Shown piece by piece: positions 18,022-28,400 of a stretch of DNA of 64,000 bases (its first letter is position 1; every line of letters starts with the position of its first letter). The translations under genes were made by a program, and so were the position numbers. The notes under the pieces were generated by a model that saw only the letters and a list, made by a program, of their open reading frames with translations, searched no databases and was not told the DNA's origin. Source of the DNA: Bacilli bacterium (GTDB lineage: Bacteria; Bacillota_I; Bacilli_A; ML615J-28; CAG-313); contig JAZSNL010000030.1 of assembly GCA_045536365.1 (NCBI GenBank), forward strand, positions 91,748 to 155,747. Reading direction: 5' to 3'.

Positions 18022-18702
18022 ATGATGAATAATATAAGCTCTAAAAAAGAAGATTTAGTTAATATTTTTAAACCGTATTTATTATCTAAAAGTTATAACT
18101 ATACAATTAATGATAATATATCAAAAGAATTGATAAAAGATATTATTATTCATAAAAGTTTTCTTGCATCATTTACTTATGAAATAAGAAGCAAAAAAAT
18201 GAAATATATTAATATTCTAACCGCAATTATAAATTTAACGAATTCAATATATAAATATTTAACAAGTGATTATTTAAATAGTTTTAATGAATATGATAAA
18301 TGGCTAGAAAAGATAGGAAAAGAATTTTTAAAAGATTGTTTAAATTATCGAAAATTTGAATTCGGTAAAGCTCAAAAAATGATAAATATCACAATGAAGC
18401 ATTTATATTGTTATAATGTATCTGAAGAATATTTTAGATATTGTCATATCGCGTTAGATAGTATGACTTATACAGGTAGAAAAACTAATTCATTATGTGG
18501 CGGCTTTTATAAAAATGAAGTAAATGAGTTTGCCAAAACTAAAAGTTTTTCTAATTTAACATATGATGAATATATATTAATTCAAAAAGAAATGAGAGAA
18601 TATCTTTTAAAAGGAAAACATGAATATATTGATAATAAATTAAATATTATTCTCTCTCCTTTTAAAGCTGAATTTTATATATGGCCTAAATATAAAAAAT
18701 AA
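18022..18702 (+). CDS. Conserved-type hypothetical protein (FGKAQKMINITMKHLY...HIALDS)
   Basis: Intact ORF with RBS GGAG; motif pattern of a real protein family, function not assigned. Confidence 0.6.
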   Translation: MMNNISSKKEDLVNIFKPYLLSKSYNYTINDNISKELIKDIIIHKSFLASFTYEIRSKKMKYINILTAIINLTNSIYKYLTSDYLNSFNEYDKWLEKIGKEFLKDCLNYRKFEFGKAQKMINITMKHLYCYNVSEEYFRYCHIALDSMTYTGRKTNSLCGGFYKNEVNEFAKTKSFSNLTYDEYILIQKEMREYLLKGKHEYIDNKLNIILSPFKAEFYIWPKYKK

Positions 18703-18729
18703 ATTGCTTTTATACAGGAAGGAAAATAT

Positions 18730-19245
18730 ATGAAAACAAAAGGGGTTATTATATTTATAATTACATTATTTTTATTTACTCAAACAAGTTGTAAAAAAGA
18801 AGTAGTTTTTAAAGCAGAAAAAACAGAAATTACTTTAGGTGTTAAAGATGAATATATACCTAATTTAATAATTGAAAATATTAAAAAATATGAATTAGAA
18901 TACATATGTAGTTCTGATATTCTTAAAATAGAAAATGGGGTTATTCGTTGTTTATCAGAAGGAAAATGCGATGTTATCATTTCCATTAAAGATCGAAATG
19001 ATATAATTCCTATCATTTTAAACATAAAAGTAGTAAATAAAGTACCTAGTAAAATAATATGTGATAAAGAAGTAGAAGTTATTATTAATCAAACATATAA
19101 ATTAAATCCAAATTTATCACCAACAACTGCTGTAACAACATTACTGTATTCATCTAATGATACTAGTATTGTAACTGTTGATGAAAATGGATTAATTAAA
19201 GGAGTTTCTGAAGGAAGAAAAAGAATATATATTTGTCTTCTTTAG
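18730..19245 (+). pseudogene. Lipoprotein with Ig-like (Big_2) domain, apparently C-terminally truncated
   Basis: Lipobox TQTS-C; LLYSSNDTSIVTVDENGLIKGVSEG, then abrupt end. Confidence 0.6.
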
Positions 19246-19351
19246 TTTTGGATTAGTTGCCATAATTCAAAAATGGATTGAAAATGATTGTAAAGATGAA
19301 ATTCCTAAAATGGCAGAATTTATTAAAAATGTTATTGGATATCATAATTAA
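19223..19351 (+). pseudogene. C-terminal relic of a TetR-family regulator
   Basis: Alternate frame reads EYIFVFFSFGLVAIIQKWIENDCKDEIPKMAEFIKNVIGYHN*, with no start codon. Confidence 0.5.
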
Positions 19352-19434
19352 AAAATAAAAAGGTAATACCTTTTTATTTTTTTACTTTATTATCTAATTT
19401 TATGATATAATAATAGTACATATCGGAGGTAACT

Positions 19435-20937
19435 ATGAGTAAATTAATAATTGCGGTAGACCAAGGAACAACAAGTAGTAGAGCAATCGTCTTTAACGAA
19501 GAAAGTGAAATTATTGAATCTAGTCAAATGGAACTAGGTTTAATATGTCCTAAAAGCGGATGGGTTGAACAAAGTCCTAAAGAAATATGGGAAACAGTTT
19601 ATCAAACATTAAAAGAAGTTATTATAAGTCCTAAAGTAAATGAAAAAGATATTGTTACTATTGGTATTACTAATCAAAGAGAAACAACAGTTATTTGGAA
19701 TAAAGAAACAAAAGAACCTATTTATAATGCGGTAGTATGGCAATCAAGACAATCACAAGATATTTGTGAGGATTTGATTAATAAAGGTTATAGTGATTTA
19801 GTGAAACAAAAAACAGGATTGATTATTAATCCATATTTTTCAGCTACTAAAATTAAATGGATTTTAGATAATGTTAAAGATGCAAGAAAACTTGCAGATG
19901 AAGGAAAATTATTATTTGGTACTGTTGATACATATTTAACATGGTGTTTAACAGAAGGAAAGCTTCATATAACTGATTATACTAATGCTTCTAGAACAAT
20001 GTTATTCAATATTCATGAATTAAAATGGGATGAAGAATTATTAGATATACTTGGAATCAATGAATCAATGTTACCAAAAGTCGTTAATTCAAGTGAAAAC
20101 TATGGTATTGCGACTGCATTAAAAAAGATTGATAGTAGTTTAAATATTCCTATTTGTAGCCTTGTTGGTGACCAACAAGCATCACTTTTTGGACAATGTT
20201 GTTTTGAACAAGGTGAGGTTAAAAACACATATGGAACTGGTTGTTTTATGTTAATGAATACAAAAGAAAAACCAATTGATTCTAAAAATGGCCTTCTTAC
20301 TACTATTGCGTGGGGAATAGATAATAAAATAGAATATGCTTTAGAAGGCTCTGTTTTTATCGGAGGATCAGCTGTTCAATGGTTAAGAGATGGAATGAAA
20401 ATGATTGATAAATCAGGTGATGTAATTAAATATAGTGATATGGATGAAATACCTGGTAGTGCTGGTGTTTATGTTGTTCCTGCATTCGTAGGTCTTGGTA
20501 CTCCATACTGGGATAATGATGCGCGTGGAGCGGTGTTTGGATTAACACGAGCAACGAAAAAAAGTCATTTTATTAACGCTACTGTTGAGTCTATAGCCTA
20601 TCAATCTAAGGATGTTATGGAAGTGATGAAAGAAGATTCCGGTATCGAAATAGCTAGTATTGGTGTTGATGGCGGAGCAAGTATTAATAATTATTTAATT
20701 CAATTTCAATCTGATATTTTAGATTGTAAGATTGTGAGACCTAGTTGTTTAGAGACAACTGCCCTTGGTGCAACATATCTTGCAGGTCTTGCGGTAGGTG
20801 TATGGAAGGATAAAAATGAGCTTAAAAAGCTTCAAAAAGTTAATCAAATTTTCTTACCAAGAATGAATAATTTAACAAGAGAGAAGCTTTATTCTGGATG
20901 GAAAAAGGCTGTTGAAGCAACAAGAGTATTTAAATAA
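19435..20937 (+). CDS. glpK: Glycerol kinase
   Basis: DQGTTSSRAIVF, GITNQRETTVIW, PYFSATKIKWILD, GDQQASLFGQ, KNTYGTGCF. Confidence 0.97.
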   Translation: MSKLIIAVDQGTTSSRAIVFNEESEIIESSQMELGLICPKSGWVEQSPKEIWETVYQTLKEVIISPKVNEKDIVTIGITNQRETTVIWNKETKEPIYNAVVWQSRQSQDICEDLINKGYSDLVKQKTGLIINPYFSATKIKWILDNVKDARKLADEGKLLFGTVDTYLTWCLTEGKLHITDYTNASRTMLFNIHELKWDEELLDILGINESMLPKVVNSSENYGIATALKKIDSSLNIPICSLVGDQQASLFGQCCFEQGEVKNTYGTGCFMLMNTKEKPIDSKNGLLTTIAWGIDNKIEYALEGSVFIGGSAVQWLRDGMKMIDKSGDVIKYSDMDEIPGSAGVYVVPAFVGLGTPYWDNDARGAVFGLTRATKKSHFINATVESIAYQSKDVMEVMKEDSGIEIASIGVDGGASINNYLIQFQSDILDCKIVRPSCLETTALGATYLAGLAVGVWKDKNELKKLQKVNQIFLPRMNNLTREKLYSGWKKAVEATRVFK

Positions 20938-21146
20938 ACCAAGATTATCTTGGTTTATTTTTTATTTATAATAGGAAATAATCATTAAGTAAATAGCGTT
21001 GATAATTTATTTTTTTGAAAAAAATCAAGTAAAAAAGTCCTTTTTATTAAATTTTACTTGCTTACTCTTACCATTTGTGGTATAATATATTGAGTATAAT
21101 GGACTATTATTAATTATTAATTTTTGGGTGAAAATAGGCGATATAG

Positions 21147-21686
21147 ATGAAAAAGACAATTAAAAAAGTATTTCAAATTATTCTAATATCATTTATTAGT
21201 TTAGTTTTAATTATATTTATATCTCTATGGAATATTAAAAGTTTAAAAAGTGAAGTTCTTCCTATGCCATTTGATATGGCAATGGCTGTTATTTTAACTG
21301 ATAGCATGGAAAAAGAACTAAGTGTTAATGACTTAGTAATTATTAAAAAAACAAATGATTATACTATTGATGATGTTGTCGCATTTGATGCGGGGGATAA
21401 AATAGTAGTTCACCGTATTATTAGAATTGATGATAATGGAATTATCACTACTAAAGGTGATGCAAATGAGGATGAAGATCCTTCAATTAGTGTTGATAAA
21501 ATAAAAGGTGAAGTTATTAAATCATATCCTAAAATTGGATTAATGATTAGAACGGTTAAAAGTCCAGCAGGTAGTATAATATTACTAGTAACATCAGTGT
21601 TATTATTAATTATTTCTTTTCTTGCAGAAAGAGAAGAAAATAAAGAATTAGAAAATAGAAAGGAGCCTGAATATGCAAAAGAGTAA
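21147..21686 (+). CDS. sipW: Signal peptidase I, SipW/ER-type (S26B)
   Basis: Ser-His catalytic pair: VILTDSM...VVHRII...TKGDAN; N- and C-terminal TM helices. Confidence 0.85.
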   Translation: MKKTIKKVFQIILISFISLVLIIFISLWNIKSLKSEVLPMPFDMAMAVILTDSMEKELSVNDLVIIKKTNDYTIDDVVAFDAGDKIVVHRIIRIDDNGIITTKGDANEDEDPSISVDKIKGEVIKSYPKIGLMIRTVKSPAGSIILLVTSVLLLIISFLAEREENKELENRKEPEYAKE

Positions 21687-22989
21687 AGTTACAAAAATTG
21701 TTTATCGAATTGCAGCGGCATTAATTATTTTAACATTAATTACATCTTTACTTGCATCAGGTCTACTTGCAAGATTCTTAAGTACAGATGATAATAATGA
21801 TGCAGCGAGAGTTGCTTATTGGAATGTTAAAGTTGTTGATAAAGAAGGTAGCGATATTGGATTAAATCAAGGTACAACTCATTTAGATGCTGATGATTCA
21901 GGAAATAGTTTTTTCCAAGTAAGTAATAAATCTGAAGTTGCAGCAATGTTTAGTGCTGATTCAAGCATTTCATTAAAGTTTACAGCAGATACATTTAAAG
22001 CTACTACTGAAATTTCAAGTTGGAATTTCTTAAAAAACGGTAGTGATGTTGTTAATAATCCTGTTGAATTTAATGTTTATATTTATAACTGCAAAGTTAG
22101 TGAATTAAATGACTATTTAACTTATACAAACAAAACTGATTCAACTGATGTAAAGAATTTAGCTGATTATAACGCATTAACTGATGAACAAAAGAAATTA
22201 TACACTGAAGATGTTGTATTACCATCTGATTCATCAATAAAAGAAACTTTAGTTATGAGCACAACTGATAATACACTTGTTGTAACAAAAGAAATTATAG
22301 ATGGTGTTCCTTATTTTTACTTAACTAAAAAAATTGCAAATGCACAAAATTACACTTTCCCTGTTGGAAGTGGTGATTATACTTTTAGAATTGAATGGAA
22401 AGTTAGTGGATCAGCTGATTTGGGTGGATCTTTTAATACTAAGTTTAATGCTTATTATGTAATTGAATCAAAGGATTATAATACTACTGATTATACAGGT
22501 TTAGTAAAAAATGATGGTACTCATACAGCGTCTGCAACAGCAACAACAGCAGGTTATTCTTCAACTTTTAATGTTAAAGATGAAGGAGTAACAAAACAAA
22601 AAACTTTCGTTATTGCTTATAAAGAATGCGACTATTTTGAATATTTAATTTATACATCTAGTTTAGGTGGACAACCTACATTTACTGATTTAGATTTTGT
22701 TTATGATGAAATTGAAACAAGAAGTAGTGGTATTTATAAAACTGATTATTCAAAATTAACAGATGCTGCTTTAACTGAGATTAATGCTAGAACTTGGGAT
22801 GATGCAAAAAATGGTTCAACTGCAGGAGTTAGTTATAATACAATTATGAAGTATCGTGAAAAATTACAAGCAGTGGCTTATAGTGATTTCTTAGGTTCAA
22901 GAGATGCTTTTGAAAATAGTTTAGGTTATTTATCAATTGGTTTAGATTGTTCAATTGTTTATAATTTAAAGGTGGTTCAAGTTGACTAA
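21673..22989 (+). CDS. SipW-type secreted fibre/pilin-like subunit (438 aa)
   Basis: Signal ending GLLA-RFLS, followed by DAARVAYWNVKV, the motif shared with 54387-55028; no membrane or wall anchor. Confidence 0.7.
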   Translation: MQKSKVTKIVYRIAAALIILTLITSLLASGLLARFLSTDDNNDAARVAYWNVKVVDKEGSDIGLNQGTTHLDADDSGNSFFQVSNKSEVAAMFSADSSISLKFTADTFKATTEISSWNFLKNGSDVVNNPVEFNVYIYNCKVSELNDYLTYTNKTDSTDVKNLADYNALTDEQKKLYTEDVVLPSDSSIKETLVMSTTDNTLVVTKEIIDGVPYFYLTKKIANAQNYTFPVGSGDYTFRIEWKVSGSADLGGSFNTKFNAYYVIESKDYNTTDYTGLVKNDGTHTASATATTAGYSSTFNVKDEGVTKQKTFVIAYKECDYFEYLIYTSSLGGQPTFTDLDFVYDEIETRSSGIYKTDYSKLTDAALTEINARTWDDAKNGSTAGVSYNTIMKYREKLQAVAYSDFLGSRDAFENSLGYLSIGLDCSIVYNLKVVQVD

Positions 22990-23500
22990 GTCGAAAATTG
23001 TTTTTAAGATAACTAAAGGTGTTATATTTACTGTAACGTTAGTTATTGTATTAATATTATCTACATTTATATTAAGTAGATTGTTTAATAAAAATAATTA
23101 TTCAAAAGTATTTGGGTATAGTTTATTTGAAGTAACTTCAAATAGTATGTATCCAAAACTTGAAACAGGAGATTTAATTTTAGTAAAAGAAAGAAAAAAT
23201 AAAGATTATCAAGTTGGTATGATTATTACATATCAACCTAAGATGGGAACAAAGCCTGTGACTCATGAAATAATTGTTCGTGATGGTGATGTGATTATTA
23301 CAAAAGGTATTGATAATGATTATAACGATGATCCTATTAATGTTGATGATATTATAGGTGAAGTTATTGATGTTTATGAAGGATATGGAAAAGTTGAAAA
23401 GTTTATTCAAAATCCGATTGGATTAGCAATGATTTTCATTGGGGGATTATTAATATTTGAAGTTATTAATTTATTAGAAAGAAAAATTAATAAAGAATAA
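22982..23500 (+). CDS. sipW: Signal peptidase I, SipW/ER-type
   Basis: FEVTSNSMYPKLETGDLILV...VTHEII...TKG. Confidence 0.85.
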   Translation: MTKSKIVFKITKGVIFTVTLVIVLILSTFILSRLFNKNNYSKVFGYSLFEVTSNSMYPKLETGDLILVKERKNKDYQVGMIITYQPKMGTKPVTHEIIVRDGDVIITKGIDNDYNDDPINVDDIIGEVIDVYEGYGKVEKFIQNPIGLAMIFIGGLLIFEVINLLERKINKE

Positions 23501-23525
23501 AAATAAAAGAAGCAAGGAGGCAGTT

Positions 23526-24164
23526 ATGAAAAAAAGATTTATTTATTTTGCGGTATATATGATATTCGCTTCTTTTATGTTATTAGCAGCCGTTACTCTT
23601 GCAAGATATGTTCATACAGGAACAACTGAAATTGGATTCCAAGTAGGTACTACATTATTCTTTGATTATCAAAGACATGAATTATACCGTAATGATCAAT
23701 TAATCGTTGGTGTTGAAACTGAATATGAAGAAGATGGTCAAACATTCCAAAGAATTGAAACTATGAACGTTGTTCCAGGAGATAGTTTAGTTTATCATTT
23801 CTATGTTAGTAATTTTGATAATGTTACAGGTGAAATGAATGCGGTAAATGGATTATTTTATCCTAACGCAAAAACTACATTATCTTTACCTATGAAAGGT
23901 AAAGTTTATGATGTTGACTGTACAATTCAATATAGACAAGTCCCTTATGGAACAGATGATACAACTACTCCTGAAAATGGTGTATGGAATAATCTAGTTG
24001 CTGATGGATATATTGATTTACCAGCTGTAACTGACAAAAAAGTTAAATATGAATTTAAAGTATCAGTATTAATTGATGACCAAGTAGAAAATACAACAAG
24101 TGAAGATTATTTTGATGCTGTATTAACTATTAAGTTATTTATTAATGCTGCAAGTGATAACTAA
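23526..24164 (+). CDS. SipW-type secreted subunit (212 aa)
   Basis: Signal ending VTLA-RYVH; beta-rich mature domain. Confidence 0.65.
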   Translation: MKKRFIYFAVYMIFASFMLLAAVTLARYVHTGTTEIGFQVGTTLFFDYQRHELYRNDQLIVGVETEYEEDGQTFQRIETMNVVPGDSLVYHFYVSNFDNVTGEMNAVNGLFYPNAKTTLSLPMKGKVYDVDCTIQYRQVPYGTDDTTTPENGVWNNLVADGYIDLPAVTDKKVKYEFKVSVLIDDQVENTTSEDYFDAVLTIKLFINAASDN

Positions 24165-24191
24165 AAATTATCTATGAAAGGAGGAAGTTTC

Positions 24192-25382
24192 GTGGATAAA
24201 AAACAATTTAAGAAACGGATCTTTGCTTTAGGATCGATATTTTTGTGCTTAACAGTTATATATCTATTTAGTACGGGACTTCTTACAACGATAAGTAGAT
24301 ATATTCGAAGAGAACAAGATGAAATTAAAGCGTATTATACATCGCTGTATTTTGATACAGATGGAAGAGGAAAATCTGTTGCAATAGAAAATAATATTGG
24401 ATATGTTGAATTTAATCTTATGAATTATATTGGTGAAGATGTAACTCAAAGAGATATTGAATATACAATTGTAAAACCTTCAACATTCTATGATGAAGAT
24501 GGTGATCCAATTGCAACTGCTGATCTTGCAAGTGCAGAAAAACTTCATGTGCTTGATGTTTGGGGTAAGCCTCAAGAGGTTGCGAAAAGTACTTATTTAT
24601 ATACAGTTAATGTGTTAAGTAATACAGGTGATACTGCTGGTAGTGGTAACTATGAATTTAAATATGAAAAATTAGGTACTTCAGCTGTTGGTAAAACACA
24701 TCATATTAACTTAGAGTTAACACGTGCTGGTAGTGATTTAGAAACAGATGAAGATATTTCAATCGTAGTTCAATTAATTAAACCATATAGAGAAGTATTT
24801 ATTATTAATATGAATGCTTCTAGTAGAATTATTACTTTCTCTCAAGCAACAACTAATAAATTTGATATTAATTTTGATGAATTACATATTCAATCAGCTG
24901 ACCTTTATGGATATTTTAAAAATGGCAATGTAAGACAGAGTGTTGAATATGGTGAGGAACCAAATAAATATCAAGATACATTTACATCAAAAGCTATAAA
25001 ATTGACAATTGATTGGACAGGATTTATTTTAGATGAAATGTTATTAGAAGATTTACATAATGGAACAAATGGATCTCCTGATACGGGAACTGGAGGTTCT
25101 AATGTGAATACTGATGAAACATATGTTGATATTACTAAACCTACTATTGCGTCTATTAAAGCAACAGGAACAACTGGTCAATTAGTAATATTTGTTCCTC
25201 AAAGTTCGGATTTCAGTTTATTCTTCTTAAGAAAAGCTGATACAGGAACAGTAAAAGTTAAAATAGAAATTTATGTATTAAATGATCAAACAGATACATA
25301 TGGATATGCATTATATAATGATAGATATCGTGGATATACATATGATTCAAACAGTCAATATACAGTAATTGACAAAAAATAA
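24192..25382 (+). CDS. SipW-type secreted subunit (about 396 aa)
   Basis: GTG start after GGAGG; signal ending TTIS-RYIR; beta-rich mature region. Confidence 0.6.
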   Translation: MDKKQFKKRIFALGSIFLCLTVIYLFSTGLLTTISRYIRREQDEIKAYYTSLYFDTDGRGKSVAIENNIGYVEFNLMNYIGEDVTQRDIEYTIVKPSTFYDEDGDPIATADLASAEKLHVLDVWGKPQEVAKSTYLYTVNVLSNTGDTAGSGNYEFKYEKLGTSAVGKTHHINLELTRAGSDLETDEDISIVVQLIKPYREVFIINMNASSRIITFSQATTNKFDINFDELHIQSADLYGYFKNGNVRQSVEYGEEPNKYQDTFTSKAIKLTIDWTGFILDEMLLEDLHNGTNGSPDTGTGGSNVNTDETYVDITKPTIASIKATGTTGQLVIFVPQSSDFSLFFLRKADTGTVKVKIEIYVLNDQTDTYGYALYNDRYRGYTYDSNSQYTVIDKK

Positions 25383-25401
25383 TTGAAAAGGAGGAGCAAT
25401 T

Positions 25402-28400
25402 ATGCAAGAAGGCTCTAACAGAATTAAGAAATATTTACTAAATGCAGTTAAAGTGATTCTTATTGTTTTAATTGCAACTACTTTAGCAATTAATATTTTT
25501 AAAACAGATAAAACACTTTCTGCTGGTGAACATACTATTACAGTTAATAAAGTTTCAACAGTATCTGTATATTTATCAGGTCCTGGTGTAATTCTAGAAT
25601 CAAGTAATAAAGATAAAGATGTTTACAAAGTGGATACAGGTACAACAGTTACTTTCCACGCGGTAAATGAATCAAGAATATTTACAGGTTGGTCAATTTC
25701 AAATGGAACAACAGTTGTTAATGATGATACAACTTCTGTTACAACACAAACTGTAACTTCAGATTTAACAGTTTCTGTAACAAGAAAAGATGCGACAACC
25801 GCTGATTATGGTAAATATATGTTAGACAGATTTGTTATAAGTGACCAAGAAGAACTTATAGCATTACAAAATATTTTAGCTGGTTCAAATGCGAATGCTG
25901 ATTTCGCTCATTTCTATAGTGCTCAAACTGATTATGATACACCAGATGAAAAAAATGTTTTAAGAGAAAACTTAAGAACTGGTTACTTCTTAATTGCAAA
26001 TAACTTCGTAGTATTTGATTCAAAATTTGTTGGAATAGGTACAGCTGGTAAACCTTTTGAAGGTGTAATGTGTGGATTAAATAATGGTGTTGTCTCATCA
26101 CTTTTTGTTACATTAAGTACAACTGAAGTAGGCGGCACTCAATCTTATGGGCTATTTAAATATTTAGGTCCTAATGCGGTAATAAGAAACTTAAAAGTAG
26201 TTACTACAATAGGTATGAAAGAAGCAGCTGCAAATGTTACTAACGGTATTCAATATATAGGTGGTTTAACTGGCTATATGAATGATAGTTTGTTAATAAA
26301 TGTTAATGTTGAAAGCAAAATGGGCATTAGTGTTCAAAACTCAGTTTTACACGTAGGTGGTGTTGCAGGTATTACAACATCAGGTACTGGATTTGAATCT
26401 GTTGGTAATGTTGAATATAATGGTGATGGTACAAGTTGGACTATTCAATCTAAATCAGGATCTCAAATTAACGCAGGTTTAATCGCAGGTTCTGCTACTA
26501 ATACATATGTTAATAGTTTAAATATTAATGTAACTGATTCAGTAGTTGACTTAAAAGCTGATGGTAATTCTACACTTACGCTTGGTAATGTATTTGGTAA
26601 TTATACTTGTACAACAACAACAACTTTACAAAATATTAATATTGTTGGTTCGAAAGGACAAATATTAAGAACAGTTGCACAAACTGGTGAAAGTAACGTT
26701 GGTGGCTTAATTGGTAAAATTAGCGATGACCCAGAAGCAACAGATCGAGCTGTAAGCATTGGTAAAGTTGACTTTAATGTTCTTGGTTCAAAGAGTACAT
26801 ATATTTCAACTACAGCAGGTACTTCTAGTACAGCAAACTTATATACAGGTGGTTTAATCGGCCAAGTAAGTTCAGCTGCTATTTGTAACGCATTAGATTC
26901 ATTTAAAAATAGATTATCAGAAGTTACAGTTGATGAATCTAAAGTTAAAGTATTTGATTATTTATTTGAAGGTGATTATGAAATCACATCAGTTCAAAAT
27001 GGTACTGAAACATCAACATCTAATACAAAATCAATTGCTGGTGGTTTAGTTGGTAATGGTATTATGAATATTAACGGTACTAGCGATACTGCAAGAAGTA
27101 GCTTAGTATTTGCAAGTCCAACAAGTTCATTAAAAATTAATGCTACACAATCTAAATTGTCTTCAATAAATGGTACTAGAAATGATAAAGAACATGCTTG
27201 TGCTGGATTAATTTATGGTACAGTTGGTTCAGCAAGTATAAATATTAATAATTTTGATATTTATTCAAATAATACTACTATTGAAACACTTCGTGAAATT
27301 GGTTCTAAAGCGTTAGGTGATTTACATACAGGTGGTATTGTTGGTTTTATTGAAGCGAGTACAATTCAAAATGTTGGAATATATTTAAATGATTCTTCTA
27401 TAATGGCTAGAAGTTTATCTTATGAAAAAACTAATACTAACGAAGATACAAATAGTGCTTATTGTGGTGGTGTCGTAGGACAAGCTACAAATAATAGTAC
27501 TATTGATAATGTTATTTTTGCTGGATATAATATTTCAAATGCAAGTATGGTAGGAACAACTACAACAATGGAATCAATTCAAAATACAATACCAGGTGGT
27601 GGTAACTACCGTGGTGAAAACTATATCGGTGGTTTAGTTGGTAGAATGCAATATACTAAAGTAAGTAATTGTAAATATATTGGTTCTGAAGGAAGTTCTG
27701 ATTATATTAAAATGAGTGGACATGAATCTCCAGACAGTGCATTCTGTGGAGGTATCGTAGGTATAGTTAGAACAGCAACAAATGGTGTTCCTTCATCAAT
27801 TCAAAATTGTGAAATTGTTAATGCATATATATATGCAACAGCTACAAACGTTAAAAGATATAATGACCCTGATATTTATGTAGGCGGTATTTTAGGAGCT
27901 GCTTACATGCATGATACTAATAGTACTTTAGAAATATCTGGTTGTCATGTTTATAATACTGATATATATGGTTTAGGTAATGACCATATGGCAGTATATG
28001 TAGGTGGTATTTTAGGTGGGGCAACATGGGAAAATGATAGTGTTACTATTTCAGACTCATATGTAGTTAATAGTAATATTACAGCTAATTTAGTGGCTTC
28101 CCCGGATGCTGATTATCGTAGAAGTGATAATAATAATACTAATGAAATTGAAAGTGCTGCAAGTGGAATTGCAGCAGCGGCGATTTATAATGCTAATATT
28201 TCAGTAGTTAATTGTGCGGTTATTGATTCTGTAGTAAACGCTCATACTAACTATGTAGATACTGCAACAAATGCTGAGTATATGAGTCAATTATCTTCAT
28301 ATGCAGCTGGATTTGGAGCATATTTAGAAAATTCGACATCCTTCTCTGTTACAAATAGTTACTCTAATGCCATAGTAAGTTCTCTTGCAGAATTCAATTC

